A stretch of DNA of 64,000 nt from Spirochaetia bacterium (GTDB lineage: Bacteria; Spirochaetota; Spirochaetia; UBA9216). The notes under the pieces are model-generated. The model did not search any database. It was given only the letters and a program-made list of their open reading frames with translations, and had not been told where the DNA came from. Below are positions 20,937 through 30,167 of this stretch, one piece after another; position 1 is the first letter of the stretch, and every line of letters starts with the position of its first letter. The position numbers and the translations under genes are program-made. Location of the stretch: contig OY776510.1 in the NCBI GenBank assembly GCA_963675665.1, forward strand, positions 3,104,001-3,168,000, given 5' to 3'.

Positions 20937-23566
20937 TATGGTTTTAACCCCAGTTCATCAAATAATTTTTTATAGACATCAAAATGTTCAGATTTGGCAA
21001 ATTCTTCGATTTTATCGTCAGGAAGTGATTCAAGGAGGTGGTCCATATATGACAAAACGGACTTAATCTCGGTTTTAAGATCATCAGGTAATGTGGATAA
21101 TGCGTCTTCTTCAGAATCCGGGACATCAACTGAATCAGTTTCCACTTCTTCTTCATCTTCAATAGATATCATTTCACCATCAAGCTCAATTTCATTATTT
21201 GGTGTTTCAATAATATCCGTTCCGTCGTCTTCAATATTCTTTAAATCATCAAAAGCGGGGTCTGAAAGATCCAGTTCATCATCAAAATCAGGATTTTCGA
21301 CCGAGATTCCTTCTTCTTCAACCGCAATATCATCAAGAGAAGATGCGTCGAAACTAATTTCTTCATCAAGAGACAGGTCATCTATATTTTCATCGTCAAA
21401 TGAAGGGGGTGCAAGAGTTTCCCCGCCTAATGAGGGTATTTCCCCGGAGTAAGCATCTGATTCAAGGTCTAATTCCTCAATATCGTTGATTTCATCGGAC
21501 ATCTCAGGTTCTTCATCAAGAGACGGGATATCTTCAAGCTCAAGTTCTTCATCGATATCTATATCCTCATCAAGTTCAAGTTCTTCATCAAGTTCAAAGC
21601 TGATTTCATCATCTGTGCTTTGCGTATCATCATCAATAGAAATATCATCTTCGAGAGTTATTTCATCGGATATATCAGGTCCTTCTTCAAGAGACGGGAT
21701 ATCTTCAAGATTAAGTTCCTCATCTATGTCGATTTCATCCTCAAGTTCAAGTTCCTCTTCGAGGTCAATGTCCAATTCATCTTCTACACCTGAAGTATCA
21801 TTTTCAGATACAACCTCCGCAGAAATTTCCTCTTCAAGGGTGATTTCATCGGATATCTCAGGTTCTTCATCAAAAGTGGAGATATCTTCAAGATCAAGTT
21901 CCTCGTCTATGTCGATTTCATCCTCAAGTTCAAGTTCTTCTTCAAGGTTTATGTCAAGATCATCATCTGTAAATGCAACATCATCCTCAGATTCATCAAA
22001 TGAAATTTCTTCGATATCGCCGGATTCATCATCAAGGGAAATTTCGTCTTCAAGTGTTATTTCATCGGAGATTTCAGGTTCTTCATCAAGAGACGGGATA
22101 TCTTCAAGATTAAGTTCCTCATCTATGTCGATTTCATCATCAAGTTCAAGTTCTTCTTCCAGATTGATGTCAAGATCATCATCAGTAAATGCAACATCAT
22201 CCTCAGATTCATCAATTGAAATTTCTTCGATATCGCCGGATTCATCATCAAGAGAAATCTCGTCTTCAAGGGTTATTTCATCGGATATCTCAGGTTCTAC
22301 ATCAAGGTCAAGATCGCTATCCATGTCAGGAACATCATCTGAAGGAGTTTCTTCGATTAATGAAAGGTCTGAATCCGGCTCTTCGTCAAATGTAATATCA
22401 TCTTCAGTAATTATTTCATCTTCGATTGAAGCAATTTCATCAGCGGGTTCATCTATGCCGACTTCTTCATCAAAACTGATATCATCAAAGGATGAAAGAT
22501 CGGTATCACTATCAGAAGAATCCTCATCTTCGGCAATATCATCTTCAATAAAAGATAATTCTTCCTCTAAAGGTGTTTCTTCGGTTTCAGTCTGGTTAAA
22601 TCCGGACAAGAGTTCTTCAGTATCGTTCTGGTTAAAATCATCGCTTTCAATATTGTCGTCGTTTAAGAGTGCTTCGACATCAGTATCAGTGATGTCCTCG
22701 GAAGCGAAGGGGGCTTCCGGTTCAGCTTCGTCAAAATCAACTTCAAAATTATTGAGAATATCTTCTTCAGGAGCTTCGGATACTGTTCCGCTTTCTTCAG
22801 TTATATCAGCAGTATTAAGAATATTATCAAGCTCATCTCCGGTGAGTGCAATAGTTTCATCTTCATCGTCTTCAAAAAAACCTGTCAGGTCTTCACCGGC
22901 AGGTTCCTGTGGTGTTCTGTCTGTTGTTTTAAGAGAAGATAATTCATTTTTAAGTTCAGAAAGATCCTGTTTTATAGAAAGAAGTTCTTCTTCGATTTTC
23001 AGGAGAATGGAACGGGAAGAACCCTGTTCAATATCTTCGGAAGAAATAGTTTCGGATAAATTATCGATACTGTCAGTTACACTGGATTCAACTTCAGAAA
23101 GATCTGCTTCAAGAGCATCAAGATCAGAAAACTCATCTGAAGGTTTAGAAAGAAATTCAGTATCTTCATCAGAGATGTCGTCAAAGGAATCTTCAAAAGA
23201 ATTTTCATCGATTATGTCATTTTCTGTTTCGGCTTCAGGAAGGGTCATGTCGCTTATGTCATCAAAGGAAATATCATCATCGGATGATTCATCGATTTCT
23301 GTTTCAGAAATAGTATCTTCAAGCGAACCAAGCAATTCCTCTTCTTCGTCTGTAAGAAGCTCCTCAGTGTCTTCGTCTTCGGAATTGAGATCTTCAAGAA
23401 TGAAATCGGCTGAGTCGGCAGATTCAGCTTCTTCAACGTCTTCAGGTCCTGTTTTAACCCAAACGCCGTATTTTTCAAGATCGTTATCAGTATTTTTGAT
23501 ATCAGAAGAACCTATATTGTCATCCAGTTCATCAATAGAAAGATCAATATCATCAAAATCGGACAT
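20936..23566 (-). CDS. Very acidic 876-aa low-complexity protein with short ordered islands
   Basis: D/E-dominated. Islands are YGVWVK, a coiled coil ([15 protein letters not shown]), TIALTGDELDNIL and a C-terminal EIKSVLSYMDHLLESLP...YKKLFDELG. SD AGGAG present. Confidence 0.88.
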   Translation of the reverse strand: MSDFDDIDLSIDELDDNIGSSDIKNTDNDLEKYGVWVKTGPEDVEEAESADSADFILEDLNSEDEDTEELLTDEEEELLGSLEDTISETEIDESSDDDISFDDISDMTLPEAETENDIIDENSFEDSFDDISDEDTEFLSKPSDEFSDLDALEADLSEVESSVTDSIDNLSETISSEDIEQGSSRSILLKIEEELLSIKQDLSELKNELSSLKTTDRTPQEPAGEDLTGFFEDDEDETIALTGDELDNILNTADITEESGTVSEAPEEDILNNFEVDFDEAEPEAPFASEDITDTDVEALLNDDNIESDDFNQNDTEELLSGFNQTETEETPLEEELSFIEDDIAEDEDSSDSDTDLSSFDDISFDEEVGIDEPADEIASIEDEIITEDDITFDEEPDSDLSLIEETPSDDVPDMDSDLDLDVEPEISDEITLEDEISLDDESGDIEEISIDESEDDVAFTDDDLDINLEEELELDDEIDIDEELNLEDIPSLDEEPEISDEITLEDEISLDDESGDIEEISFDESEDDVAFTDDDLDINLEEELELEDEIDIDEELDLEDISTFDEEPEISDEITLEEEISAEVVSENDTSGVEDELDIDLEEELELEDEIDIDEELNLEDIPSLEEGPDISDEITLEDDISIDDDTQSTDDEISFELDEELELDEDIDIDEELELEDIPSLDEEPEMSDEINDIEELDLESDAYSGEIPSLGGETLAPPSFDDENIDDLSLDEEISFDASSLDDIAVEEEGISVENPDFDDELDLSDPAFDDLKNIEDDGTDIIETPNNEIELDGEMISIEDEEEVETDSVDVPDSEEDALSTLPDDLKTEIKSVLSYMDHLLESLPDDKIEEFAKSEHFDVYKKLFDELGLKP
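21490..22300 (-). repeat. Intragenic tandem repeats with periods 216, 216, 183 and 171 bp
   Basis: The anchor CAGGT (PEISDEI motif) recurs at 22291, 22075, 21859, 21676 and 21505. Confidence 0.9.
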
Positions 23567-23709
23567 TCTCTACTCCTGCAAATAAATCGCTGGTAATATT
23601 ATCGGCAGCAAATTGCAATTAATAAATTATAAACATATTATAACAGATAAGAAAGTTGATTTCATCATAAAGACTCAAGAAAGGCATAAAAACCGCCGTT
23701 ATTGCATAT

Positions 23710-24147
23710 ATGAAGGCTATTATCAGGATATCAGTTTCGGCGTATATAACCCTTTTTTGTTTCATTATTCTGAACATAATCTGGGGCAGCTGCGGAGTTA
23801 TTTCATATAACGAACTCAGTAAATATAAAGATACGCTTGAAACAAATATATATGATTTGGAAGATATAAACGGCAATCTTGTGCTTGATTCGGAAAAACT
23901 AATCAGCCGGCCTGATGATATAAAGATTCAGGCAAGGGAAATAGGGTGGATTGCTGAAAATGAGGGTCTTATACAGGTAAGAGGATACAAAACGAATAAA
24001 ACCGGATATTCTATGGGAAAATTGTTAAGCAGCGAAAAAGGTAAACGAACTGACAACAGAAACAATATGATTATTGCCTTACTTGTAGGGGTTTCAATTT
24101 ACATTTTCAGCGGTTTCTTTAATGGTTTTAGATTAAAAGATAAATAA
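23710..24147 (+). CDS. Septum formation initiator family (FtsB/DivIC-like)
   Basis: N-terminal TM, WGSCG, a coiled coil and QAREIGWIAENE. Confidence 0.7.
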   Translation: MKAIIRISVSAYITLFCFIILNIIWGSCGVISYNELSKYKDTLETNIYDLEDINGNLVLDSEKLISRPDDIKIQAREIGWIAENEGLIQVRGYKTNKTGYSMGKLLSSEKGKRTDNRNNMIIALLVGVSIYIFSGFFNGFRLKDK

Positions 24148-24221
24148 TTAATAAAAAAACGAAATTAATTGGATTTTTGCTTACTAATCCACTACAGTTA
24201 TTAATGGCAACACTTTCTCCT

Positions 24222-24273
24222 GTGAACGTGGAAGCAAGGATAAACGTCGGGCACAGCTTCCACGTTCGCTTTT
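24222..24273. terminator. Long-stem hairpin between convergent genes (terminator or small RNA)
   Basis: GAACGTGGAAGC (24224-24235) pairs perfectly with GCTTCCACGTTC (24256-24267). 20-nt loop, T-rich tail on the + strand. Confidence 0.55.
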
Positions 24274-24289
24274 CATTTTAAGCTTAAAA

Positions 24290-25624
24290 TTATCTGATCT
24301 TTCGTGATTCAACATAAAATCTTTTTTCAAACGCTTCACCCATTGAGAATGTTTTACGCGGAAAAGCTCCGTCGTCTATGACTGTTTGAAAGAAAGTGTC
24401 CTTTTCAATCGACGGAAGAAAAACTCCAATATTTCCGTCCTTTTCTCCAAGTTCATCTGTAACATCAATGCCATGAATATAATCTACCGATGCATCCGTT
24501 ATTTGCTTCAGGTAATTGTCTATATGGTTTTGTATAGTTCCTGCTATTATGGAACTTTCAGGATTCAATGCTTCAATTATTCCATAGCCTTTGCTGGTCC
24601 GGTATCCGCAAATTTGACGTTTTCCGGGGTTGTTTATTATCTCCAGAATCCCGGGAAGATTATCAAGCTCTGAAATCCTGAAATCCGGGTTATTTTTCAA
24701 TCCGGAAAGAAAAGTATCAGGAGAAGCATTGAAGAGTACCCGGTGAATAGCTTCAAATTGAATACCATCCGAGAAAATATTTACCAGTTCAACAAGTGCC
24801 CATCGGGAAGGGTGACTCATATATTCCGGATTGCCGCTGTTTTTCTTCTTATAGTTTTCCCATATGGTTTTGGCTGTAGCCAGTGAATGATTTCCGTCTC
24901 CCATAGCAAAAACAAAGGCCTTATCGCTTTTATATTTATCTTGAAGTGTCTCCTGTGAGCTGAGGGTTTCGACAGCTTTAGAAATCAAGGCTATATGTTT
25001 TTCGGAATTGACCCTGTATCCCGTCAAATGACCGCTGTCCATCATCAAATCAAAATCATACACTTTTTGAAATTCGGAAAGTTTTGCAGTTAAAGGTTCG
25101 ATAAGCGTTTTTTCAGGATCATCAATAAGAACCATAATGTGCGGAAGTTCCAGTACGGCATTTTTACGTATTTTTACCCTGGGAGGAATCCGATCAAGTA
25201 TTGTTCCTTCTGTTGCCCTGATAAGACTGTTTGAATCCACACTGAAATCATATTGCTCCAAATCCAGAGCCGCCACCAGTCCCCACCGGGGTTTTGCGTC
25301 GGGAATCTCGCGTTTTACAAGAATAAAACCGGAAACGGGGTCACTTAATACAGATTCTGAAATATACCGTCTCATTGTCCTGTTTATATTCTCAATTCTT
25401 TTTTCAGGTTCTGCTTCTTCAAGATAGCATTCCGGGAATATCAGGTTGAGAGTAGAAGGAACGCCATTTGTCAGCTCTTCAACTTTTTTCCAGTAATCCA
25501 GTTGTGAGGTATACTGATCGCATGCTATTACAGCCCATCGGCTCATATCAAATTCTGCAGCCGGAAGAAGAACCTCCGGTATCCGGATTCCCATTTTCTC
25601 AAGTTTGTTTCTGTACTCTGTCAT
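24290..25624 (-). CDS. DUF1015 family protein
   Basis: WAVIACDQYTS, IRATEGT, MGDGNHSLATAK and PRKTFSMG motifs. Confidence 0.88.
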   Translation of the reverse strand: MTEYRNKLEKMGIRIPEVLLPAAEFDMSRWAVIACDQYTSQLDYWKKVEELTNGVPSTLNLIFPECYLEEAEPEKRIENINRTMRRYISESVLSDPVSGFILVKREIPDAKPRWGLVAALDLEQYDFSVDSNSLIRATEGTILDRIPPRVKIRKNAVLELPHIMVLIDDPEKTLIEPLTAKLSEFQKVYDFDLMMDSGHLTGYRVNSEKHIALISKAVETLSSQETLQDKYKSDKAFVFAMGDGNHSLATAKTIWENYKKKNSGNPEYMSHPSRWALVELVNIFSDGIQFEAIHRVLFNASPDTFLSGLKNNPDFRISELDNLPGILEIINNPGKRQICGYRTSKGYGIIEALNPESSIIAGTIQNHIDNYLKQITDASVDYIHGIDVTDELGEKDGNIGVFLPSIEKDTFFQTVIDDGAFPRKTFSMGEAFEKRFYVESRKIR

Positions 25625-25699
25625 GGGTTTATATTAATGAAAATTATAATTGTTGAATAGATCCTTTACAGCAGGAAACGCATCTGTTATTTTAATTCT

Positions 25700-26575
25700 G
25701 TGGGAAATAATACTGTCTATATTAACGTTGATTTTATGCCGCCTTCTGTGGAGCGTTTCTGTAAAGTTCCCAAGGCTGTGTCTGAAGCCGGTTATAATGA
25801 ACTGTGCATCAGAATGATTGATAATTTCCCATGGAGTTTCGACTGCAGAATGAAAAGCGATTCGGCTTATCCTGAAAACGTTGTTTCTTTTGTAGCAGAA
25901 GCCTGCGATGAAAAAGGTATTGCTTTTTCGCTGGTTTTTCCGGGTTTGTATGATTATGTAAGGCTAATAAGACTTAACGGGTATCGAAGACTGGCGTTGG
26001 ATGGGCCAGGTGTTCCGGGAATAAATACGGATGCTGTCGGTTTTTCACATTTAATTGAGACGATTACGGAAGATATGGTTTCATTATGCCCTCAGCTCGG
26101 TTGTTTTGTATTTGAAAATACAGATAAACCCGGGCAGGACTATTATTTAAAATGTTTAAAAGTAATTGAGTCATCAGGCGTGGGGACCAGAAAAAACACC
26201 GAAGAAAATGAATTTCATGTTGCCGAGTTTTTTATGACCGGAAATGATTCTGAATTGGGAACATCATTCAGAAAGCTTCAGGAAGTTATTGGAGATTTGG
26301 CCGGTTCGTTATATCAGATTCGACAATATATTGTAATGTCTTCATTGGGGACCCAGTTTCCGGCGGCCTCGGAGAAGGGAATTCACTTCGGATTTGAAGA
26401 GTTGCAGATGCAAAGAAAAGAGATCTTTTATAATTGTGACAGCTTCTCAAGGGCTGCATCGGGGCTGCTGGAGCCAGGCTGGCTTGAACATTATTGCAGG
26501 ACTATACAGCTGAATGCTGATGATGAAATATTTTCTGTTGAAAGAAGGTTGAGACAAACCGGCTTGCTTAAATGA
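25700..26575 (+). CDS. Hypothetical protein with degenerate GH20 hexosaminidase-like N-terminus
   Basis: GYNELCIRMIDNFPW...AYPENVV...ACDEKGI resembles the start of the GH20 (HexD/GcnA-type) barrel. No HxGxDE motif. Confidence 0.5.
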   Translation: MGNNTVYINVDFMPPSVERFCKVPKAVSEAGYNELCIRMIDNFPWSFDCRMKSDSAYPENVVSFVAEACDEKGIAFSLVFPGLYDYVRLIRLNGYRRLALDGPGVPGINTDAVGFSHLIETITEDMVSLCPQLGCFVFENTDKPGQDYYLKCLKVIESSGVGTRKNTEENEFHVAEFFMTGNDSELGTSFRKLQEVIGDLAGSLYQIRQYIVMSSLGTQFPAASEKGIHFGFEELQMQRKEIFYNCDSFSRAASGLLEPGWLEHYCRTIQLNADDEIFSVERRLRQTGLLK

Positions 26576-26653
26576 TACTTCAGCTCTTGCAGTATTGCTA
26601 AAACAGGCTGAAAAGGTTATTCTCAACTACGTAAACTATCATTGGAGAAAGAG

Positions 26654-28489
26654 ATGAGTATACCATTAAGAAGTAACGATACAACCCAGGGGAGAAGAAT
26701 GGCAGGCGCACGCAGCCTGTGGCGGGCAAACGGAATGAAGCCGGAACATTTCGGGAAGCCGGTTATCGGAATCGCTAATTCTTTTACACAATTTGTTCCC
26801 GGGCATGTACATTTGCATGAAATCGGACAGAAGGTTAAAAAAATTATTGAGTCTAAAGGCTGTTTCGCCGCAGAGTTTAATACAATCGCAATTGACGACG
26901 GAATAGCGATGGGGCATACGGGTATGCTTTATTCGCTGCCTTCGCGAGAACTGATTGCAGACAGTGTGGAATATATGTGCAATGCCCACAGGGTTGATGC
27001 TCTTGTATGCATCAGCAATTGCGATAAAATCACTCCGGGTATGCTCATTGCATCAATGAGGTTGAATATTCCTGTCGTATTTGTGTCCGGCGGGCCGATG
27101 GAAGCCGGAAATGTTTCCGGCAAGGCAACCGATTTAATAGATGTTATGATCAAGGGCGGCGACAGCAGTGTTTCCGATGAGGAACTGGCTGAATTTGAAG
27201 AATTGAGCTGCCCGAGCTGTGGTTCATGTGCCGGAATGTTTACGGCAAATTCCATGAATTGTCTTAACGAAGCACTTGGGCTGGCGCTTCCGGGAAACGG
27301 CACTCTTGTTGCAACTCACAGTAATCGTTTCAATCTTTTTGAGAAAGCGGCAAATTTAATTGTAGAACTTGCGGACAGATATTATAACAAGGGAGACGAA
27401 AGCATTCTGCCGAAGAATATTCTGACAAAGCAGGTTTTCAAGAATGCCATGTCGCTTGATATTGCAATGGGCGGTTCAACAAATACTGTTCTTCATCTTC
27501 TTGCTGTAGCCAATGAAGCCGGTGTGGATTTTGGAATGGACGACATCGATGAGCTTTCACGAAAAGTTCCTTGTATTTCCAAGGTTGCTCCGAATTCTAA
27601 TTATCATATACAGGATGTTAACCGCGCTGGCGGAATCATGGGAATACTCGGAGAGCTCGATCGGGCAGGGCTTATTGATACAACCGTCGGAAGAGTAGAC
27701 TATCCAAGCCTGAAAGAAGCTCTTGATGAGTATGATATTATTCGAAAAAGTCATACTGAATATGCTGAAAAAATCTATCGAAGTTCAGCCGGAAACAAAG
27801 GCCGGAACCTTGTAATGGGTTCACAGTCTGAGTATTATGACCAGCTTGATATTGACCGGGCCGGCGGATGTATACGGAATTCGGAAAACTGCTATTATGC
27901 CGACGGCGGACTGGCTGTGCTTTTTGGCAATATTGCTGAAAAAGGATGCATCGTAAAAACTGCGGGTGTTGATCCATCGATAATGAAATTCTCCGGGACG
28001 GCCCGTGTATTTGAAAGTCAGGAAGATTCATGCGAAGGGATTCTGAACGGTGAAGTAAACGAAGGCGATATAGTGATTATACGTTACGAAGGACCAAAGG
28101 GCGGACCGGGCATGCAGGAAATGCTTTATCCTACTTCCTATCTTAAATCCAGAAAGATTGATAAGGAATGTGCCCTTCTTACTGACGGACGTTTCTCCGG
28201 TGGAACTTCGGGTCTTTCAATCGGTCATGCATCTCCCGAGGCGGCTGCCGGCGGGTTGATTGCGCTTGTTGAAAGCGGTGACAGGATAGAGATTGATATT
28301 CCGAAAAGAATAATCAGGCTTGATGTTGATGAAAAAATAATTGCTGAAAGAAGGAAAAAGGAAGAAGGAAGAGGTAAGGATGCTTATACTCCCAAAAACA
28401 GAAACCGTGTTATATCAAACGCATTGAAAGCATATTCTATCTTTGCTGCTTCGGCCGACAGGGGGGCTGTCAGAATCCTGCCTGATTAA
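26654..28489 (+). CDS. ilvD: Dihydroxy-acid dehydratase
   Basis: [31 protein letters not shown] and TDGRFSGG motifs. Confidence 0.97.
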   Translation: MSIPLRSNDTTQGRRMAGARSLWRANGMKPEHFGKPVIGIANSFTQFVPGHVHLHEIGQKVKKIIESKGCFAAEFNTIAIDDGIAMGHTGMLYSLPSRELIADSVEYMCNAHRVDALVCISNCDKITPGMLIASMRLNIPVVFVSGGPMEAGNVSGKATDLIDVMIKGGDSSVSDEELAEFEELSCPSCGSCAGMFTANSMNCLNEALGLALPGNGTLVATHSNRFNLFEKAANLIVELADRYYNKGDESILPKNILTKQVFKNAMSLDIAMGGSTNTVLHLLAVANEAGVDFGMDDIDELSRKVPCISKVAPNSNYHIQDVNRAGGIMGILGELDRAGLIDTTVGRVDYPSLKEALDEYDIIRKSHTEYAEKIYRSSAGNKGRNLVMGSQSEYYDQLDIDRAGGCIRNSENCYYADGGLAVLFGNIAEKGCIVKTAGVDPSIMKFSGTARVFESQEDSCEGILNGEVNEGDIVIIRYEGPKGGPGMQEMLYPTSYLKSRKIDKECALLTDGRFSGGTSGLSIGHASPEAAAGGLIALVESGDRIEIDIPKRIIRLDVDEKIIAERRKKEEGRGKDAYTPKNRNRVISNALKAYSIFAASADRGAVRILPD

Positions 28490-28497
28490 ATCCGTAA

Positions 28498-28644
28498 TCA
28501 GGCACACAGCAGTTTTCTTCGGTATTGTTCAACCTTTCTTGCGGTAATAAGGGTCCTGCGCAGTTCTTCAAGCTCTGCAGGGTCCTCTTCTTTTTGAATA
28601 CTCTTTTCCAGAAACTGTATTAAATCGGTTATAGCGCTGTTCAT
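28498..28644 (-). CDS. Small 48-aa hypothetical protein
   Basis: SD AGGAGG 7 nt before the ATG. MNSAITDLIQFLEKSIQKEEDPAELEELRRTLITARKVEQYRRKLLCA fills the gap convergent with ilvD. Confidence 0.7.
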   Translation of the reverse strand: MNSAITDLIQFLEKSIQKEEDPAELEELRRTLITARKVEQYRRKLLCA

Positions 28645-28806
28645 TTGAAGTCCTCCTGCCCCGATTTTTTCATCGGCTTTCAGTTTTAAAAAACAGCATA
28701 TAACTGTTTTAAAACATCAATCATTTAATTGTCGGCCGCATACTATCAATTTTTCAGTAAATATGTTTCAATTTTTACAGAAATATTATTAAGTCAGGGG
28801 ATATTA

Positions 28807-29325
28807 ATGGAAGCTCTACTTATTTCCGGAGTGATTGTTTTTATTGGAAGGATACTGCAGGATCTTGTTTTTAATTTTAAAATTGAAATGTTTAACCGGG
28901 GAAGACTCGGCGGTGTCTTCGGAATAAATTTTATTGAAAGTATAATTGGTATGTCGGTTATAGCAATGGTTGTAGGGTATATCGATGATGACCCGAGGCT
29001 TCTGATTTTTCTCGGGTTCGGCTCTTCGGTAGGCGGAATAATAGTAATAAAGATTCGTGATTTAATGAACAAGCGGCTTGTGGGACAGCGTCAGTATTAT
29101 GCACGTATTTCTTTTACAGGTAACGAAGATTTGGCAGGTATATTGCAGAAGGATGGTTATATTTTTACCGTTGAGACAAAAGAATTTCTCGATGGAAAAA
29201 TTCGGACAATAATAGAGGGATCGCTGGAAAACAGGGCGCGGAAAGAACGACTTAAAGGGCATCTTAAAGGGCGTTCCGGCCAGCTTGTAACAATTATTGC
29301 TGCACGTGAGGTTTACTGGGTTTAA
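28807..29325 (+). CDS. DUF5698/UPF0316-like membrane protein
   Basis: Three TM helices with an FIGRI...RG...FIE...GFGSSVG pattern, plus a small soluble C-terminal domain. Confidence 0.55.
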   Translation: MEALLISGVIVFIGRILQDLVFNFKIEMFNRGRLGGVFGINFIESIIGMSVIAMVVGYIDDDPRLLIFLGFGSSVGGIIVIKIRDLMNKRLVGQRQYYARISFTGNEDLAGILQKDGYIFTVETKEFLDGKIRTIIEGSLENRARKERLKGHLKGRSGQLVTIIAAREVYWV

Positions 29326-29395
29326 AAAGATTTTCATGTAACAACTTGTAATTACTCATGTGTATAAATTAATGGGTGTTTATAAGGAGTTGATT

Positions 29396-29995
29396 ATGAA
29401 AAAAAAACTTGTGATGATAATTATCTTTCTGATCCTGATATCTTCAGTTTTAAGTGCACAAACCACCGAAACCGGGTGGGGCTGGCAGATCGGAACCGGT
29501 ATTAATGGAAGCCTGTCGTATTTTGAAACCGGTATTATGTTTCCGCGCATTAATGAAACTGTTTTTATTAATGTCAAGATTAAAGCCATGAGTGCTATTA
29601 CCTGGACTAATTTTACGAATATGGAAACAGGAGAATCTGTTTCATTTCATCCGGCAGTGGTCGGAGGGTGCATTACGATGGGCGGCGGAAGCCGGCTAAT
29701 TAAAGATCTTTTTAAAGTTTACGGCGGAACGGATATTTTTTTAGGTTATTCGTTAACGCCCTACGACAGTTTCTTCTATAAGGTTGGAAATCTTTTTCCG
29801 CCTAATCTGACCTTCGGCGTCTGGGGTCATTTCGGCCTGGAATTTTTCACTTCAGAGAATTTATCGGTTTTTATTCAGTCCGGAGGCGGTTACAAAAGTT
29901 TGATTACCGAAGAAAAAAATAATCCCTATGCAGTTGCAGGCAGCTGGCCCGGCAGCGGTTTTTGTGTTGAAATGGGTACAAATATCTATTTTTAA
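29396..29995 (+). CDS. Putative outer-membrane beta-barrel protein
   Basis: SD AAGGAG, signal peptide, Gly/aromatic amphipathic strands and a C-terminal IYF. Confidence 0.65.
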   Translation: MKKKLVMIIIFLILISSVLSAQTTETGWGWQIGTGINGSLSYFETGIMFPRINETVFINVKIKAMSAITWTNFTNMETGESVSFHPAVVGGCITMGGGSRLIKDLFKVYGGTDIFLGYSLTPYDSFFYKVGNLFPPNLTFGVWGHFGLEFFTSENLSVFIQSGGGYKSLITEEKNNPYAVAGSWPGSGFCVEMGTNIYF

Positions 29996-30095
29996 CGGTA
30001 AAGAATACAGACAATATATGCAGAAAGTGCCCGGTTTAAATTTAATAAGCGGATTTGCAGGATTTCTAAAGAAATAATAATTATCCTTTTTCCTG

Positions 30096-30154
30096 TTGAC
30101 ATTTTCTTTTCAACAGTGCATACTGTGTATATACGATATACACAGTATGCACTG
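30096..30154 (+). promoter_or_regulatory. Sigma70 promoter with overlapping GntR/YtrA-type palindromic operator
   Basis: TTGACA-17-CATACT. Perfect 19-bp inverted repeat CAGTGCATACTGTGTATAT-ACG-ATATACACAGTATGCACTG at 30114-30154. Confidence 0.85.
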
Positions 30155-30167
30155 GAGGTGTTACCTT

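Noticed and set aside
21490-22300. Long repeats as a CRISPR array for the cas2-like gene
   Set aside because: Periods of 171-216 bp, all multiples of 3, are in-frame coding repeats. There are no 25-45 bp repeats with unique spacers.
21486-23585. 699-aa Ser-rich ORF on the + strand (and 20994-21452)
   Set aside because: Antisense shadow of the Asp/Glu-rich gene: GAT/GAA codons read as Ser/Ile on the other strand. The minus gene has the SD and operon coupling.
24222-24273. SRP RNA or tRNA
   Set aside because: Lacks the SRP helix-8 motif and any cloverleaf. Kept only as a hairpin/sRNA candidate.
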